Below are positions 1-16,289 of a DNA stretch of 64,000 bases, one piece after another. Made by a program: the position numbers and the translations under genes. The notes beneath the pieces were generated by a model. The model saw only the letters and a program-made list of their open reading frames with translations. It was not told the origin of the DNA and did not search any database. This DNA is from an uncultured Candidatus Rokubacteria bacterium (lineage in GTDB: Bacteria > Methylomirabilota > Methylomirabilia > Rokubacteriales > CSP1-6). How positions within the stretch are numbered: position 1 is the stretch's first letter; every line of letters begins with the position of its first letter. Where the stretch lies: NCBI GenBank assembly GCA_963747235.1, contig CAVVEU010000040.1:224001-288000 (forward strand), in the 5' to 3' direction.

Positions 1-365
1 TCACGTCCTTGGACGTCATGTCGCTGCCGTCGTGGAACTTCACCCCGTGACGGAGCTTGAACGTGTAGACCAGTCCCGTCCTTGGAGATCGTCCAGGACT
101 CCGCGAGGTCTCCGACCGGCTTGGTGCCCGTCTTGTCGAACGGGTCCACCTTGAGGAGCGTGCTGTAGTGCGGCGCCATCGGGTGGATGACCCCGAAGGT
201 CTCCTCCTCGTGCGCGTCGTAGGAGGGCGGCTCCGAGGGCACCACGAAGAGGAGCTCGCCGCCGGAGCGGGGCTTGTCCTGGGCGACCGCCCCGGTCCAA
301 CCACTGGACAGCACCAGAGCCAGTGCGATGAGCGAGTAGCGCAGCCAATTGTGACGCTGGTGCAT
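1..365 (-). CDS. Peptide/nickel ABC transporter substrate-binding protein (family 5), 5' part, runs off the window
   Basis: Manual translation from ATG 365 after a GGAGG RBS: MHQRHNWLRYSLIALAL...KPRSGGEL...GDLAESWTISKDG, then (frameshift) YTFKLRHGVKFHDG, the SBP_bac_5 signature. Lies downstream of two Dpp/Opp ATPases. Confidence 0.85.
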   Translation of the reverse strand, partial: MHQRHNWLRYSLIALALVLSSGWTGAVAQDKPRSGGELLFVVPSEPPSYDAHEEETFGVIHPMAPHYSTLLKVDPFDKTGTKPVGDLAESWTISKDGTGLHVQAPSRGEVPRRQRHDVQGR

Positions 366-480
366 GAGCCACCTCCCCGATGAGATGTGCGGCCGAGCCT
401 GTTGAGGAATCAATCCGTGAGGATGGATCTATCGGTTCCCGTCTAAGTTTCGCTACTTTAGCGGGCAGCGGCCCGCGCTG

Positions 481-1481
481 TCAAGCCTGACCTACAGCGC
501 GGATACAGGCCGCCAGGTGCCCGGGCTTGATCTCCCGCAGCTCCGGGACGATCTGGCGGCAATCGGCCATGGCGATCGGGCAGCGGGGGTGGAAGACGCA
601 CCCCGACGGCGGGTTCAGCGGGCTCGGCACCTCCCCGCCCAGGACCATCGTGCTCCCGCAAGGCCTCCACGGCCGGGTCCGGAATGGGCACCGCCGAGAG
701 CAGGGCCTTCGTATAGGGGTGCTGGGGGTCCTCGTAGAGCGACTTCCGGTCCGTGATCTCCACGATCTTGCCCAGGTACATCACGGCCACCCGGTCGGAG
801 ATGTGGCGCACCACCGAGAGGTCGTGGGCCACGAACAGGTAGGTCAGCCCGAACTCGGTCTGGAGCTCCTCCAGGAGGTTGATGATCTGGGCCTGGATCG
901 AGACGTCCAGCGCCGAGACCGGCTCGTCGCAGATGATCAGGCTCGGCTCCATGGCCAGCGCCCGGGCGATGCCGACGCGCTGGCGCTGCCCGCCCGAGAG
1001 CTCGTGCGGGTACCGTCGGGCCATGGCTGGGCAGCAGGCCCGCGTGGCGGAGCAGCTCGTGGACCCGCGCGGCGCGGGCGGCCCGGTCCGGCACGATGCC
1101 GTGGACGGCCAGCGGCTCCGAGATGATCTGGCCCACGGTCATCCGCGGGTTGAGCGAGCTGTACGGGTCCTGGAAGATGACCTGCATGCGCCGGCGCACC
1201 CCGCGCAGCTCGGCGTCCGAGAGCTTCGCCATGTCCCGGCCCTCGAAGATCACCTCGCCGCTGGTGGGCGGCTCCAGCCGGAGGATGCCGCGGCCGGTGG
1301 TGGTCTTGCCGCAGCCCGACTCGCCCACCAGGCCCAGCGTCTCGCCGCGGCGGATCGAGAAGCTCACGCCGTCCACCGCCTTCACGGTCGCCGCGCGGCC
1401 GCCGAAGAGGCCGCCGCCGATCTGGAAGTGCTTGACCAGGTTCCTGACTTCCAGTATTGCTTCGTCGCCCTTCGGGCTCAT
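481..1481 (-). CDS. Oligopeptide/dipeptide ABC ATP-binding protein (DppF/OppF-like), frameshifted
   Basis: GESGCGKTT Walker [38 protein letters not shown]-terminal CVFHPRCP...HLAACIR. Split over ORFs 615..1481 and 458..1024. Confidence 0.9.
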
Positions 1482-1505
1482 CGCGCGTCGGGGCTAACGC
1501 GCCGC

Positions 1506-2504
1506 TCACTTCGGCGCGGGGTCGAGGGTTGGCAGGTCCCGGGCGAGCCAGCAGGCGGAGAGGTGGTCGGCGCTGATCTCGTCGAGCGGGGGCACCTCCG
1601 CGCGGCAGCGGTCGACGACGTAGGCGCAGCGCGGCGCGAAGGAGCAGCCCGCGGGCAGGCGCGAGAGGTCGGGGGGCTGGCCGGGAATCGGCTGCAGCTT
1701 GGCCCGGCGCGGCTCGTCCAGCCGCGGCACCGAGCGCAGCAGCCCGAGCGTGTAGGGATGGCGCGGGTTGGCGTAGATCTCGCGCGCGCTCGCGCGCTCC
1801 ACGATCTTGCCCGCGTACATCACGTTCACCCGGTCCGCGTAGCGCGCGACCACGCCCAGGTTGTGCGTGATCATCAGGATCGCGACGCCCAGCCGCCGCG
1901 AGAGACTCTTCATGAGCTCGAGAATCTGGGCCTGGATCGTCACGTCGAGCGCGGTGGTCGGCTCGTCGGCCAGGATCAGCGCCGGATCGCAGGCCAGCGC
2001 CATCGCGATCATGATCCGCTGCCGCATCCCCCCGCTGAACTGGTGCGGGAACTGGCGGAGGCGCCGCGCCCCGTCCGTGATGCCCACCAGCGAGAGCATC
2101 TCGATCGCCCGGGCCTGCGCCTGCGCCCGCGTCATGCCGAGGTGGATCTCGAGCGGCTCGGTGAGCTGGCGCCCGACGGTGAGCACCGGGTTCAGCGAGG
2201 TCATGGGCTCCTGGAAGATCATGCCGATCTCCCGCCCGCGCACCTTGCGCATCTCCTCTTCCGGGAGCGCGAGGAGGTTCCGTCCCTTGAAGAGGATCTC
2301 GCCTTCGACGATGCGCCCGGCCGGCGCCGACACGAGCCGCATCACGGAGAGCGCGCTGACCGACTTGCCGCAGCCCGACTCGCCCACGAGGGCCACCGTC
2401 TCGCCCTTGCGGACATTCCACGACACGCCGTCCACCGCGCGGACCACTCCCGCCTTGGTGTGGAACTGGGTCCGGAGGCCACGGACGTCGAGGAGCACTT
2501 CCAT
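1506..2504 (-). CDS. Oligopeptide/dipeptide ABC ATP-binding protein (DppD/OppD-like)
   Basis: MEVLLDVRGL start, GESGCGKS, IFQEPMTSLNP, FSGGMRQR, ADEPTTALD, GCSFAPRC. Confidence 0.92.
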   Translation of the reverse strand: MEVLLDVRGLRTQFHTKAGVVRAVDGVSWNVRKGETVALVGESGCGKSVSALSVMRLVSAPAGRIVEGEILFKGRNLLALPEEEMRKVRGREIGMIFQEPMTSLNPVLTVGRQLTEPLEIHLGMTRAQAQARAIEMLSLVGITDGARRLRQFPHQFSGGMRQRIMIAMALACDPALILADEPTTALDVTIQAQILELMKSLSRRLGVAILMITHNLGVVARYADRVNVMYAGKIVERASAREIYANPRHPYTLGLLRSVPRLDEPRRAKLQPIPGQPPDLSRLPAGCSFAPRCAYVVDRCRAEVPPLDEISADHLSACWLARDLPTLDPAPK

Positions 2505-2539
2505 ATCCGGCGGCGAGTCTACCATACCGCCCGCGGCGA

Positions 2540-3448
2540 TCAGCGGGAGCGCAGCGGAGCCCGCTCCTCGACACCCGGCAGCGCGGTGCGGAAGGTGTCG
2601 CAGTCCTGCGCCCGGCCCGACTCGAGCCCGCGCCGGAACCAGCCCGCGCGCTGGCGGGCCGAGCCGTGGGTCCAGGTCTCGGGCGTCATGCGGCTGCCGG
2701 CCTGCTTCTGGATGCGGTCGTCGCCCACCGCCGAGGCGGCCGCCAAGGCCTCCTCGACGTCGCCTTCTTCGAGCAGCCGCCGCTCGTTGGTGGAGTGCGC
2801 CCAGACGCCGGCCAGGCAGTCGGCCTGCAGCTCGACCCGCACCGACCGCGCGTTGGCGCGGTCGGGACGGGTCTGCTGCCCGCGCTCCTGCCCGATCAGG
2901 CCCAGCAGGTGCTGGACGTGATGGCCGATCTCGTGGGCCAGCACGTAGGCCTGGGCGAAGTCGCCCGGGGCCCCGAACCGGTTCCTGAGATCGTGGTAGA
3001 AACCCAGGTCGATGTAGACCTTCCGGTCCTCGGGGCAGTAGAAGGGTCCGGCCGCCGCATCCGCCGCGCCGCAGCCGGAGCGGACCGCGTCGGTGAAGAG
3101 CACGAGCTTGGCCCGCTCGTACTCCCGGCCGAGGCGGGTGAACTCGCGGGCCCACGTGTTCTGCACGTCGTCGAGGACGAACGACATGAAGTCCGCGGCC
3201 TGCTCCTCGGCGGGCGAGCTCTTGCGCGCCGGGTCCGTCGGCGCGCCACCGCCCGGCGACGGCGTGAGGTCCCCGCTGCCGTCGAGCAGCGCGAAGAAGT
3301 TCTGGCCGAAGACCAGGCTCAGCACGAGCAGGATGACCGCGCCGCCCAGGCCGATGCCGCCGCCCACGCGCAGCCCCGAACCGCGCCCGGGCGATTCACC
3401 TCTCCGGTCCTCGAGGTCCTCGCTGCGGTTCCCCCGCGTCCAGCGCAT
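2540..3448 (-). CDS. Neutral zinc metallopeptidase (YpfJ family)
   Basis: [12 protein letters not shown]-terminus, [17 protein letters not shown] (HExxH), [17 protein letters not shown]. Confidence 0.9.
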   Translation of the reverse strand: MRWTRGNRSEDLEDRRGESPGRGSGLRVGGGIGLGGAVILLVLSLVFGQNFFALLDGSGDLTPSPGGGAPTDPARKSSPAEEQAADFMSFVLDDVQNTWAREFTRLGREYERAKLVLFTDAVRSGCGAADAAAGPFYCPEDRKVYIDLGFYHDLRNRFGAPGDFAQAYVLAHEIGHHVQHLLGLIGQERGQQTRPDRANARSVRVELQADCLAGVWAHSTNERRLLEEGDVEEALAAASAVGDDRIQKQAGSRMTPETWTHGSARQRAGWFRRGLESGRAQDCDTFRTALPGVEERAPLRSR

Positions 3449-3451
3449 GAC

Positions 3452-4605
3452 CTATCTCCTAGGGCTGCCCGCCCAGTCGGTCCTAGGCGCGCAGGAGGTG
3501 ACCCCGAGCTCGGCGACGACTTCGCGGATGGCCTGCAGGGCGCCCGCGCATCTCGGTCTCCCCGAGCGCGCCGATGCAGCCGACACGGAAGCTGTCGGCC
3601 ACCGTGAGCTTGCCGGGGTAGATCACGTAGCCGCGCCGGGCCAGCCGGTCGTAGAAGGTCTCGAAGTGGAACTTCGGATCGGCGGGCATGCGGACCGTGA
3701 CGATGATCGGCGCCTGCAGCCGGTCCGGCAGCAGCGTCTCGAAGCCCATGCCGCGCAGGCCCTCCACCAGCAGCGCGCAGTTGCGGCGGTAGCGCGCGCC
3801 CCGGCCGGCCACCCCGCCCTCGGCCGTGTGCTGCTCCAGCGCGCGATCGAGCGCCGCGAGGACGTGGGTGGGCGGCGTGAAGCGCCACTGCCCGTTCTTC
3901 TCCATCGCGACCCACTGGTCGTGCAGGTCGAGGCTCAGCGACGGCGCCTGGCCGCGCGCCTCCTCCAGCGCCTCGCGCCGGATGATCGCGAAGCCCACGC
4001 CCGGAACGCCTTCGAGGCACTTGTTGGCGGAGGCCACCAGGGCGTCGAAGGGCACGCGCCGGGCGTCGAGCGGGATCGCGCCGAAGGCGCTCATCGCGTC
4101 GATCAGCAGGCGGCGCCGGTGCCGCGCCGTCACCGCCGCGATCTCCTCGACCGGGTTCAGCACGCCCGAGGTGGTCTCGCAGTGCACCACCACCACGTGC
4201 GTCACGGCGGGATCGCGCGCCAGCGCGGCGTCGAGCACCGCCGGGTCGGCCGGCTGATCCTCCGCCGTCTCCTGGACCACACAGGCCCGACGGTAGTACT
4301 CGCACATGCGGACCATGCGCCGTCCGTAGGCCCCGTTGACCAGCACCAGGAGCTTGCCCGCCGGCGGCACCAGCGTGCCGATCATGGCCTCGACAACGAA
4401 TGTGCCGCTGCCCTGCAGCGGGACACACACGTGGCTGCCGTCGCCCGTGCACCAGCTCGGTCAAACGCCGGCGCACCCGCGCGTTCATCGCGATGAACTC
4501 GCCGTCGCGCGAGCCCCAGTCGCGCAGCATCGCTTCCTTGGTGGCGCGCGTGGTGGTGAGCGGGCCCGGGGTCAGCAGGAACGGCTCGCGCGGCGTGGCG
4601 TCCAT
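3452..4605 (-). CDS. phnW: 2-aminoethylphosphonate--pyruvate transaminase, frameshifted
   Basis: [68 protein letters not shown] are all PhnW motifs. 3' end inferred across a frameshift. Confidence 0.92.
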
Positions 4606-4622
4606 GGCTTGGTCCTTTCGCC

Positions 4623-9539
<4,917 letters not shown>

Positions 9540-9543
<4 letters not shown>

Positions 9544-10535
9544 GGGCGATCCCCCCCGGTGACCCGGATATTGAAGACGTCCTCCGGCGACGGGCCGAAG
9601 CCGTACTTGTACGGCTCCTCGCCGCGCAGGAAGTCGAAGGTGGGGATGCCGCGCTCGATGGCGTCCTGGATGAGGTGCGCGAGCAGCACGATGCCGGGCG
9701 CGAGCTGGGCACGCGCCGGATCGAAGCCCGAGTTGTAGAGCCCGACGCTCCCCGCGTACTCGAGGCAGATGAACGCGGCCACCGCCGCGCCCTCGTACTC
9801 GAGGAACCAGAGCCGCGCCCAGCCCTTCGCGGCGAGGATCGCGGTGGCGGCGCGGAAGAAGCGCTCCATGCGCTCGTCCATGAAGCGCGCCTTGCCGACC
9901 TTGGAGAGACGGTGCAGCGTCAGGAAGCGCGTCATCGCCTCGTCCCAGCCGGCCGCGTCCGCGTGGGAGCGCACGGTCGCCCCGGGCAGCTCCCGCTCGA
10001 GGCGGCGCATCTTGCGCCGGAGCTCGTGCCGGTCCTTGCCGGAGAGCCTGGCCAGGTACTCGTCCCAGGTCTTGGGCAGCGCCAGCACGGGGCAGCGATC
10101 CTGCCGCTCCACCGTCGCCCGCAGCCCGTGGGCCGGCGCGAGCGCGGGCAGCACGGTCGCGGTGGCCGAGGCGGCGCGGATGCCGTGCAGATCCCACTCG
10201 CCGGGCTGGCCGGCGCGGTGCTGCAGCAGCGCCTGCCAGATCTCTTCCTCGCGTCCGGCGATCGCGATCAGGTCGAGATAGTCGGAGACGTCCACCCCGC
10301 CGATGATCCGCTGCCGCCCGGGCCCGTCCTCGTAGAGCGGCAGCACCCCGACCAGGCTGCCGTCGGCGTCGGTCGCGGTCAGGATCTGCTGGGGGCGGTC
10401 CGCCGCGAAGGCCCGGCTCCACTCGGTCTGCCACTGCCAGGTGAGGAAGAGCGAGGGCAGGCGCGAGCGGTCGAGCAGGGCGTTCCAGCGGCCCTCGTCC
10501 AGGGCCGCGAGGCCGGGCAGCACGTCGATCTTCAC
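9540..10535 (-). CDS. GNAT family N-acetyltransferase (CelD/BcsL-like)
   Basis: FLTWQW, SDYLDL, WDEYLARLSGKDRHELRRKMRRL, YNSGFD, FDFLRGEEPYKY. Confidence 0.85.
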
Positions 10536-10924
10536 GCCGACAGCTCCCCCGCGTCGTCCCCGCCGCCGCCCGGGTCCATCAGGGCGCCGTCGTCATCGCC
10601 GGGCCCGCCGCCCTCGCCCATCGCCTCGTCCATGGCCGAGTCGAGGTCCTCGCCCAGGTCCTCCCCCATCTCGTGCCCCATCTTCTTGACGAACCGGGCC
10701 ACGCTCTGGGGATCGTTCTCGTCGAGGTCGCCGAAGCTGGAGGGGTCGGAGAGGGAGTCGAGGCGGGCGTCTTCGGATTTGACGGTGGCGAAGCGGGACA
10801 TCAGGCGGGACAGCGCGACGCTGCCGCAGCGCGGACATCGCGGCGCCTCGGCGGCGGACAGGGTCCGGATCAGAAGGCTGACCCGCCGCTGACACCCCTG
10901 GCACTCGTACTCGTAAATCGGCAC
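10532..10924 (-). CDS. FmdB-family zinc-ribbon protein
   Basis: (M)PIYEYECQGC...CPRCGS..LSRLMSRF with an acidic, Gly-rich C-terminus. Confidence 0.85.
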   Translation of the reverse strand: MPIYEYECQGCQRRVSLLIRTLSAAEAPRCPRCGSVALSRLMSRFATVKSEDARLDSLSDPSSFGDLDENDPQSVARFVKKMGHEMGEDLGEDLDSAMDEAMGEGGGPGDDDGALMDPGGGGDDAGELSA

Positions 10925-10981
10925 GCGCCTGCCCTCCCGCCCCGTTTGGATGCGCCATTCTATCACGTGGATTCCGGGCGT

Positions 10982-11990
10982 TCAGGGGCGGGTCGGGGCG
11001 CTCCGGCGGCGGCTCCGCCACTCCTGCTCGACGGCCGCGCGATCGGCGGTCTCGAGGCCCAGCAGCTCCTTGATGTCCTCGCCGTTGATGGCGGGCGCGT
11101 CCCCGACATTGTTGTTCAGCTTGAAGTAGACGCGACGGGCCTGCCCCTCCAGGGCGCGCCCGCGGGCCACGATTCCCGGCCAGCTCGGCGCGATCGTACA
11201 GGTAGCCGTACTTCTCGGCCACGCTCGGGGCCCGACCCTGAAGCTGCTTCATGAAGCCCTCCCGGTTGCGCCCGTGCAGCCGGATGACCGCGGTGGGGGC
11301 GGTGAGCGCCACCGCCGTGTCCACCGAGGCGGGCGTGCGCGGCGCGTCCACCGAGACGTAGGCCAGCCCGCGCGCGCTCAGCATCGCGAGCGTCTCCTCG
11401 GTGTGCCGCGGCAGCCAGGAGGCGTCGCGGAACTCCACCGCGATCGTCGTCCCGGGCAGGCGGGCGGGCAGCCCGGCGAGGTACTCGAGCGCCCGCTCCC
11501 CGTACTTCACCCACGGCGCCATCTGGAAGAGCACGTAGCCGAGCTTGCCCGCGTCGGCCAGCGGCTGCAGCCCCTCCCGGAACGCGGCGAAGGCCCACTC
11601 GCGCGCCTCCTCGCCGAAGGCGGCGTTCTCGATCTGGCCCCGCTCGTTGGGCCGGGCGGAGGCGGGCAGCCGCGCGGCGAGCGGCGGCGGCAGCCGCGCG
11701 GCGTCCAGGTGATGCCCGGTGAGCAGCGCGTAGGCCTTCACGCTGAAGAGGAAACCGGGCGGCGTCCGCTTCGCCCAGAGCACCGCGTTCTGGGCGGACA
11801 GCGGCGCGTAGAACGTGGAGTTGACCTCGACCGCGTCGAAGAAGCGGCTGTACCACCAGAGCCGCTCCTCCGCCTTCATGCTCTTGATCGGGTAGAACGA
11901 GCCCTCCTCCACCATGCTCTTGTCCTGCCACGCGCAGAGGCCGACGCGGTACTCCGTCGCGACGGGGCCGTCGGGGTGGTAGCGGATCAG
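10982..11990 (-). CDS. DUF72 (YecE-like) domain protein, frameshifted; start approximate
   Basis: YRVGLCAW, FDAVEVNSTFY, FSVKAY, LFQMAP, AVEFRDASW, RLHGRN, YLY, FKLNNN. Confidence 0.85.
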
Positions 11991-12026
11991 CGGAGGCGCG
12001 CCCTCTGACGATCCATCGGGCGCCGA

Positions 12027-14322
12027 CTATCGGGGGACGACTTCGGCATCGGCGCTGCGCTCGGCCAGGCCCAGGCGGCGGTGGAGCGAGACCAGCGGCG
12101 CGGGCGCCCACCAGTTCCACCGCCCCATGAGCCGCATGGTGGCGGGCACCAGCAGGGCCCGCACGATGGTGGCGTCGATCACCACCGCGAGCCCGATGCC
12201 GATGCCCACCGCCTGGATGATCACCGAGCGCGCGGTCGCGAAGCCGAAGAACACCGCGGCCATGATGGCGGCCGCGCCGGTGATGAGCCGCCCGGTGGAC
12301 TCGAGCGCCTCGGCCACCGCCCGCGTGGTGTCGCCGGTGCGCTCGTACTCCTCCTTCACCCGGCTCAGCAGCAGGACCTCGTAGTCCATCGAGAGGCCGA
12401 AGACGAAACAGAACATGATGAGCGGCGTGGCGGTCTGGATCGGGCCCGGGGTGAAGTGCAGCCAGCTCGCGAGATGCCCCTCCTGGAAGATCCACACCAG
12501 CGCGCCGTAGGACGCGCTGATGGACAGGAGGTTCATGATCACGGCCTTGAGCGGCAGCAGCACCGAGCCCAGCAGCAGGAAGAGCACCACGTAGGTCGCG
12601 ACCATGACGAGGCCGACCGTCATCGGGGCGTGGCGCGTGACCATGTCGATGATGTCGAGATCGAAGGCGGTCTGGCCCGTCACGAGCACCTCGCCCGCGA
12701 GCCGCGGGTGCGACGCGCGGATCTCCTCGACCAGGGCACGCGCCTCCGGGCTCGACGGCTTGAGCGCGGTCGAGACCACCAGCAGGGCCAGGCGGCCGCC
12801 GACGGTCTGCCGCAGGACCTGGGTCACGCCGGGCGGGCGCATCTCCGCGGGCGCGGTGGCGAGCTGCTGGTACTGCTCGCGCGTCACGCTCGGATCGAGA
12901 TCCACCAGGCTCTCCACCCGCGCCACGTTGGGCCGCGCGGCGAGCCAGCGGCTGAGATCGTAGAGGCCGCCCACGCGCTCCGCGGTGAGGGGCGTACCGT
13001 CCGGGTAGCGCACCACCACCAGGATCCGGTTGCTGTCGGCGCCCGGGAAAGTGCTCGCGGAGCACCTCGTCGCCGCGCCGCGAGACCGCCTCCGGCGGCA
13101 GCGCGTTGACGTCGCCCGAGCCCACCTTCAGGTGCAGGAACGGCAGCCCGAGGAACAGCAACAGGGCCGAGACCGAGATGAAGACCGCCCACGGATAGGC
13201 CATCACGGTGACCGCGATCTGGTGCCAGATCCCGCGCCCGGTCAGGCGGCGCTCGGGATGGATGAACGGCAGCCGGAGCGCGTTGACCCGCGGCCCGAGC
13301 ACGGCGAGCAGCGCGGGCAGGAGCGTGAGCGCGTAGAGCACGGCCAGCGAGACGACCACGGTGCCGGCCCAGCCGATCGAGCCGATGTTGCCGAGCCCGA
13401 GGAAGACCATGCCGAGCAGCCCGATCGCGACGGTGAGCCCGGAGAAGAGGATGGCCCGCCCGGCGGTGGCCATCGTGCGCTCGAGCGCCTCCGACCCGGG
13501 GTGCTCGCGGATCTCCTGGCGGAAGCGGCTCACGATGAAGAGGGAGTAGTCGATGGCCACCCCGAGGCCGATCATGGTCACGATGTTCGGCGCGTAGACC
13601 GAGACCGAGGTGTAACGGGCCATGAGCAGCGTGGCCGCGATGGCGCCCGCCATCGAGAGCGCGCCCACCGCCAGCGGCAGGAGCGCGGCCACCACCGAGC
13701 CGAACACCAGCAGGAGCAACACCACCACCACGGGCAGGATCACCAGCTCGGCGCGCCGCAGATCGGTGCGCGTCACCTCGGTGAAGTCGTGGTTGAGCGG
13801 GATGTTCCCGACCGGCAGCACCTCGAGGGTCTCGGTCTTCACCAGCGCCCGCAGCGAGGGATACACGTCGGGGGGCAGCACCGAGAACTCGAGCGAGGAG
13901 AACGCGGCCGCCTCGCCCTTCAGCTCCACCACCACCAGCACCCGCCGGCCGTCGCGCGACACGAGCTGGGCGGCCGGCACCGAAGCGTCGTAGACCGGCG
14001 GGTCGTACGCGGTCAGGACGCGGGCCACGCGCGCGTCGCGGCGGAGCGGCGCCACCGCCCGCTCGACTTCCTGGCGAAACGCGGGGTCCTGGGCCGAGCG
14101 GGTGGGGCTGCTGAAGATGAAGCTGAACGAGGGCGGCCGGCCTGGCAGCTCACGCCCGATCAGATCGAGCGCGCGGCCGGACTCCGTCGTCGTCGGGATG
14201 TCGGTGGTGGCGAGGCGCCCGCCGTGGAAGATCAGCCAGAGCGACGGCACCAGGCTCAGCAGGGACAGGGCGATGATGGCCACCCGGAAGCGATGAACGA
14301 GACGGCCCCATCCCGCGAGCAT
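12027..14322 (-). CDS. MMPL/RND family transporter, frameshifted
   Basis: LLLVFGSVVAALLPL, GLGVAIDYSLFIVSRFRQE, TAGRAILFSG, FGLSMDYEVLLLSRVKE, TGRLITGAA, DATIVRALLVPATMRLMG.WNWW. Confidence 0.92.
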
Positions 14323-14328
14323 AGGTAC

Positions 14329-14743
14329 TTATCGTACCGCGAACCGACAATCCGCCCGGCGCTTTACGCTCCGGGGCGGCGGCGGGCTGCGCTCGCGGGC
14401 GGCCGCTGCCACCACCGCGCCGACCACCACCAGCGCGCCCGCCAGGGACCAGAACACCGGGCGATAGCCGCCCCACCAGCGACCAGGCGCTGAGCGGGCG
14501 GTGCCCAGTCGCGCGCGCTCCGTATGAGCGCCCAGGGCCCGCGCCGATCGAGCCAGCGCTCCACCGGCAGGGCGGGAGCGCCGCGACGCCCATGCCGACC
14601 CTGAAGGCGCCGATGACCGCGCGCGCGCGAGGGCGCCGAGGTCTCGCGCCATCGAGGCGAGGAAGACGGGGAAGCCGTAGTAGAGGATGCCCCAGGAGAC
14701 CGTCTCGGCGACGGAGAGCGTCACGACGACGCGCCAGCCGTAG
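14329..14743 (-). pseudogene. MFS transporter remnant with a large internal deletion
   Basis: N-terminal YGWRVVVTLSVAETVSWGILYYGFPVFL..MARDLG and RWLDRRGP (motif A-like) are joined almost directly to a C-terminal GGYRPVFWSLAG helix. Only about 0.4 kb versus about 1.2 kb expected. Confidence 0.6.
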
Positions 14744-15239
14744 TCAGAGAAGCTGCTCCATGATCAGGACGTCCACCCAGCGGCCGTCGAGCTGGCCCTG
14801 CTCGTGGTACACGCCGACCGGCGTGAAGCCCATGCGCCGGTAGAGCGCGAGGCCCGCGTCATTGTAGGGAAAGGTGGCCAGCACCATCTTGTGATAGCCG
14901 ATCTGGCGCGCGAGCCCGAGCACGTGCTGCAGCAGCGCCTTGCCCACCCCGCGGCCCCGCCAGGCGCGCTCGACGTAGACCGAGAGATCCACCACGTTGT
15001 CGTAGGCGGGGCGCGGATTGAACGGGTTGAGGCTCCCCCACCCGACCACCTGGCCGTCGGTGGTCGCGACGACCACGGGGTGACGCGGCCCGCGCGCGGC
15101 CATCCACTGTCGCCGCTCCTCCGGGCGTGCGCAGCTCGGTCTCGAGCGTGGCGATGCGGTCCTCGATGCCCTGGTTGTAGATCGCGCAGATCGCCGCGGC
15201 GTCGTCCGGCGTCGCGGGGCGTAGCGAGACGTCCCCCAT
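14744..15239 (-). CDS. GNAT N-acetyltransferase, ArsN1/phosphinothricin acetyltransferase-like, frameshifted
   Basis: RPATPDDAAAICAIYNQGIEDRIATLETE..., WGSLNPFNPRPAY, SVYVERAWRGRGVG, YHKMVLATFPYN, GVYHEQGQLDGRWVDV. Confidence 0.8.
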
Positions 15240-15298
15240 GAGCGTGCCTCCCTTGCCCCGCAGTCTGCCCGCGCGGCCGCGATAAGGGAAATAGATTG

Positions 15299-15319
15299 TT
15301 CTCATACCGACGATGAGAA
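15299..15319. promoter_or_regulatory. Inverted repeat, candidate LysR operator
   Basis: TTCTCAT-N7-ATGAGAA in the AT-rich gap between the divergent GNAT and LysR genes. Confidence 0.5.
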
Positions 15320-15332
15320 ATACTTTGGGACG

Positions 15333-16289
15333 GTGGATCTCAATCCCGCCCACGTGCGCACGCTCCGGGAAATTGCGCGCCATGGAAGCTTCTCGCGCGC
15401 GGCGGAGAGCCTGCGCCTGAGCCAGCCCGCGGTGAGCCTGCACATGCGCCAGCTCGAGGCCCGCTGCGGCACCGCGCTGCTCGAGCGGGTGGGCAAGCGC
15501 GCGTTCCCTACTCCGGCGGGGGTGGTGCTGCTGGAGCACGCCGGGCGGGCGTTCGCCGAGCTCGAGGCCGCGCAGGAGGCGCTCCGCCAGCTCCGCGGGG
15601 TGGTCGCGGGGCGGCTGCGCCTCGGCACCGGCGCCACCGCGAGCATCCACCTGCTGCCGCCGCTCCTGCGGCGGATGCGGGCGCGCTACCCCGAGCTCGA
15701 GCTGATCGTGGTGACCGGCAACGCGCCCGAGATCGCGGCCGCCGTCGCGGCCAACGAGCTCGACGTGGCCATCGTCACGCTGCCCGTGACGGGCCGCCAG
15801 CTCCTGATGACGCCTCTGTTGCTCGACCCGCTGGTGGCGGTGGGCCCGCCCGCGCAGGCATGGCCGCGGCGGGGCGCGCTCACCGCGGCCGAGGTGGCGC
15901 GCCACCCGCTCATCGTCTACGAGCGCGGCGGCACCATCCGGCGCGTGATCGACGGCTGGTTCCGTCGCGGGGGCGCGCGGCCCCGGATCGTGATGGAGCT
16001 CGGCAACGAGGAGGCCATCAAGAAGCTGGTGGGCGCGGGCCTCGGCGTCTCGGTGAGCCCGGCCATGGCGGTGCGGGACGAGGTGCGCTCGGGCGCGCTC
16101 TCCATGCGGCCGCTTTCGCCCGCCCTGGTGCGGCGCCTCGGCCTCGTGCGCCGCCGCGACAAGCCCGAGACCCCGGCGCTTCGCATGTTCCTCACGGCGG
16201 TCACCGCGCTCGCTAATGAAAATCGTGCGAAGGGACGCTCGCCAGCCGGTGGCGCAGCGGGGCGAGCCGCTCGGCGCGCACCGAGGTGA
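15333..16289 (+). CDS. LysR family transcriptional regulator
   Basis: HGSFSRAAESLRLSQPAVSLHMRQLE HTH, GRLRLG, EAIKKLVGAGLGVS. Confidence 0.93.
   Translation: MDLNPAHVRTLREIARHGSFSRAAESLRLSQPAVSLHMRQLEARCGTALLERVGKRAFPTPAGVVLLEHAGRAFAELEAAQEALRQLRGVVAGRLRLGTGATASIHLLPPLLRRMRARYPELELIVVTGNAPEIAAAVAANELDVAIVTLPVTGRQLLMTPLLLDPLVAVGPPAQAWPRRGALTAAEVARHPLIVYERGGTIRRVIDGWFRRGGARPRIVMELGNEEAIKKLVGAGLGVSVSPAMAVRDEVRSGALSMRPLSPALVRRLGLVRRRDKPETPALRMFLTAVTALANENRAKGRSPAGGAAGRAARRAPR

Noticed and set aside
879-2921. Long opposite-strand or alternate-frame ORFs (for example 879..2921, 17816..19768, 25810..27999, 35589..37601, 44779..46884)
   Set aside because: Shadow ORFs of real genes, caused by very high GC; Arg/Pro/Gly-rich with no recognisable domains.
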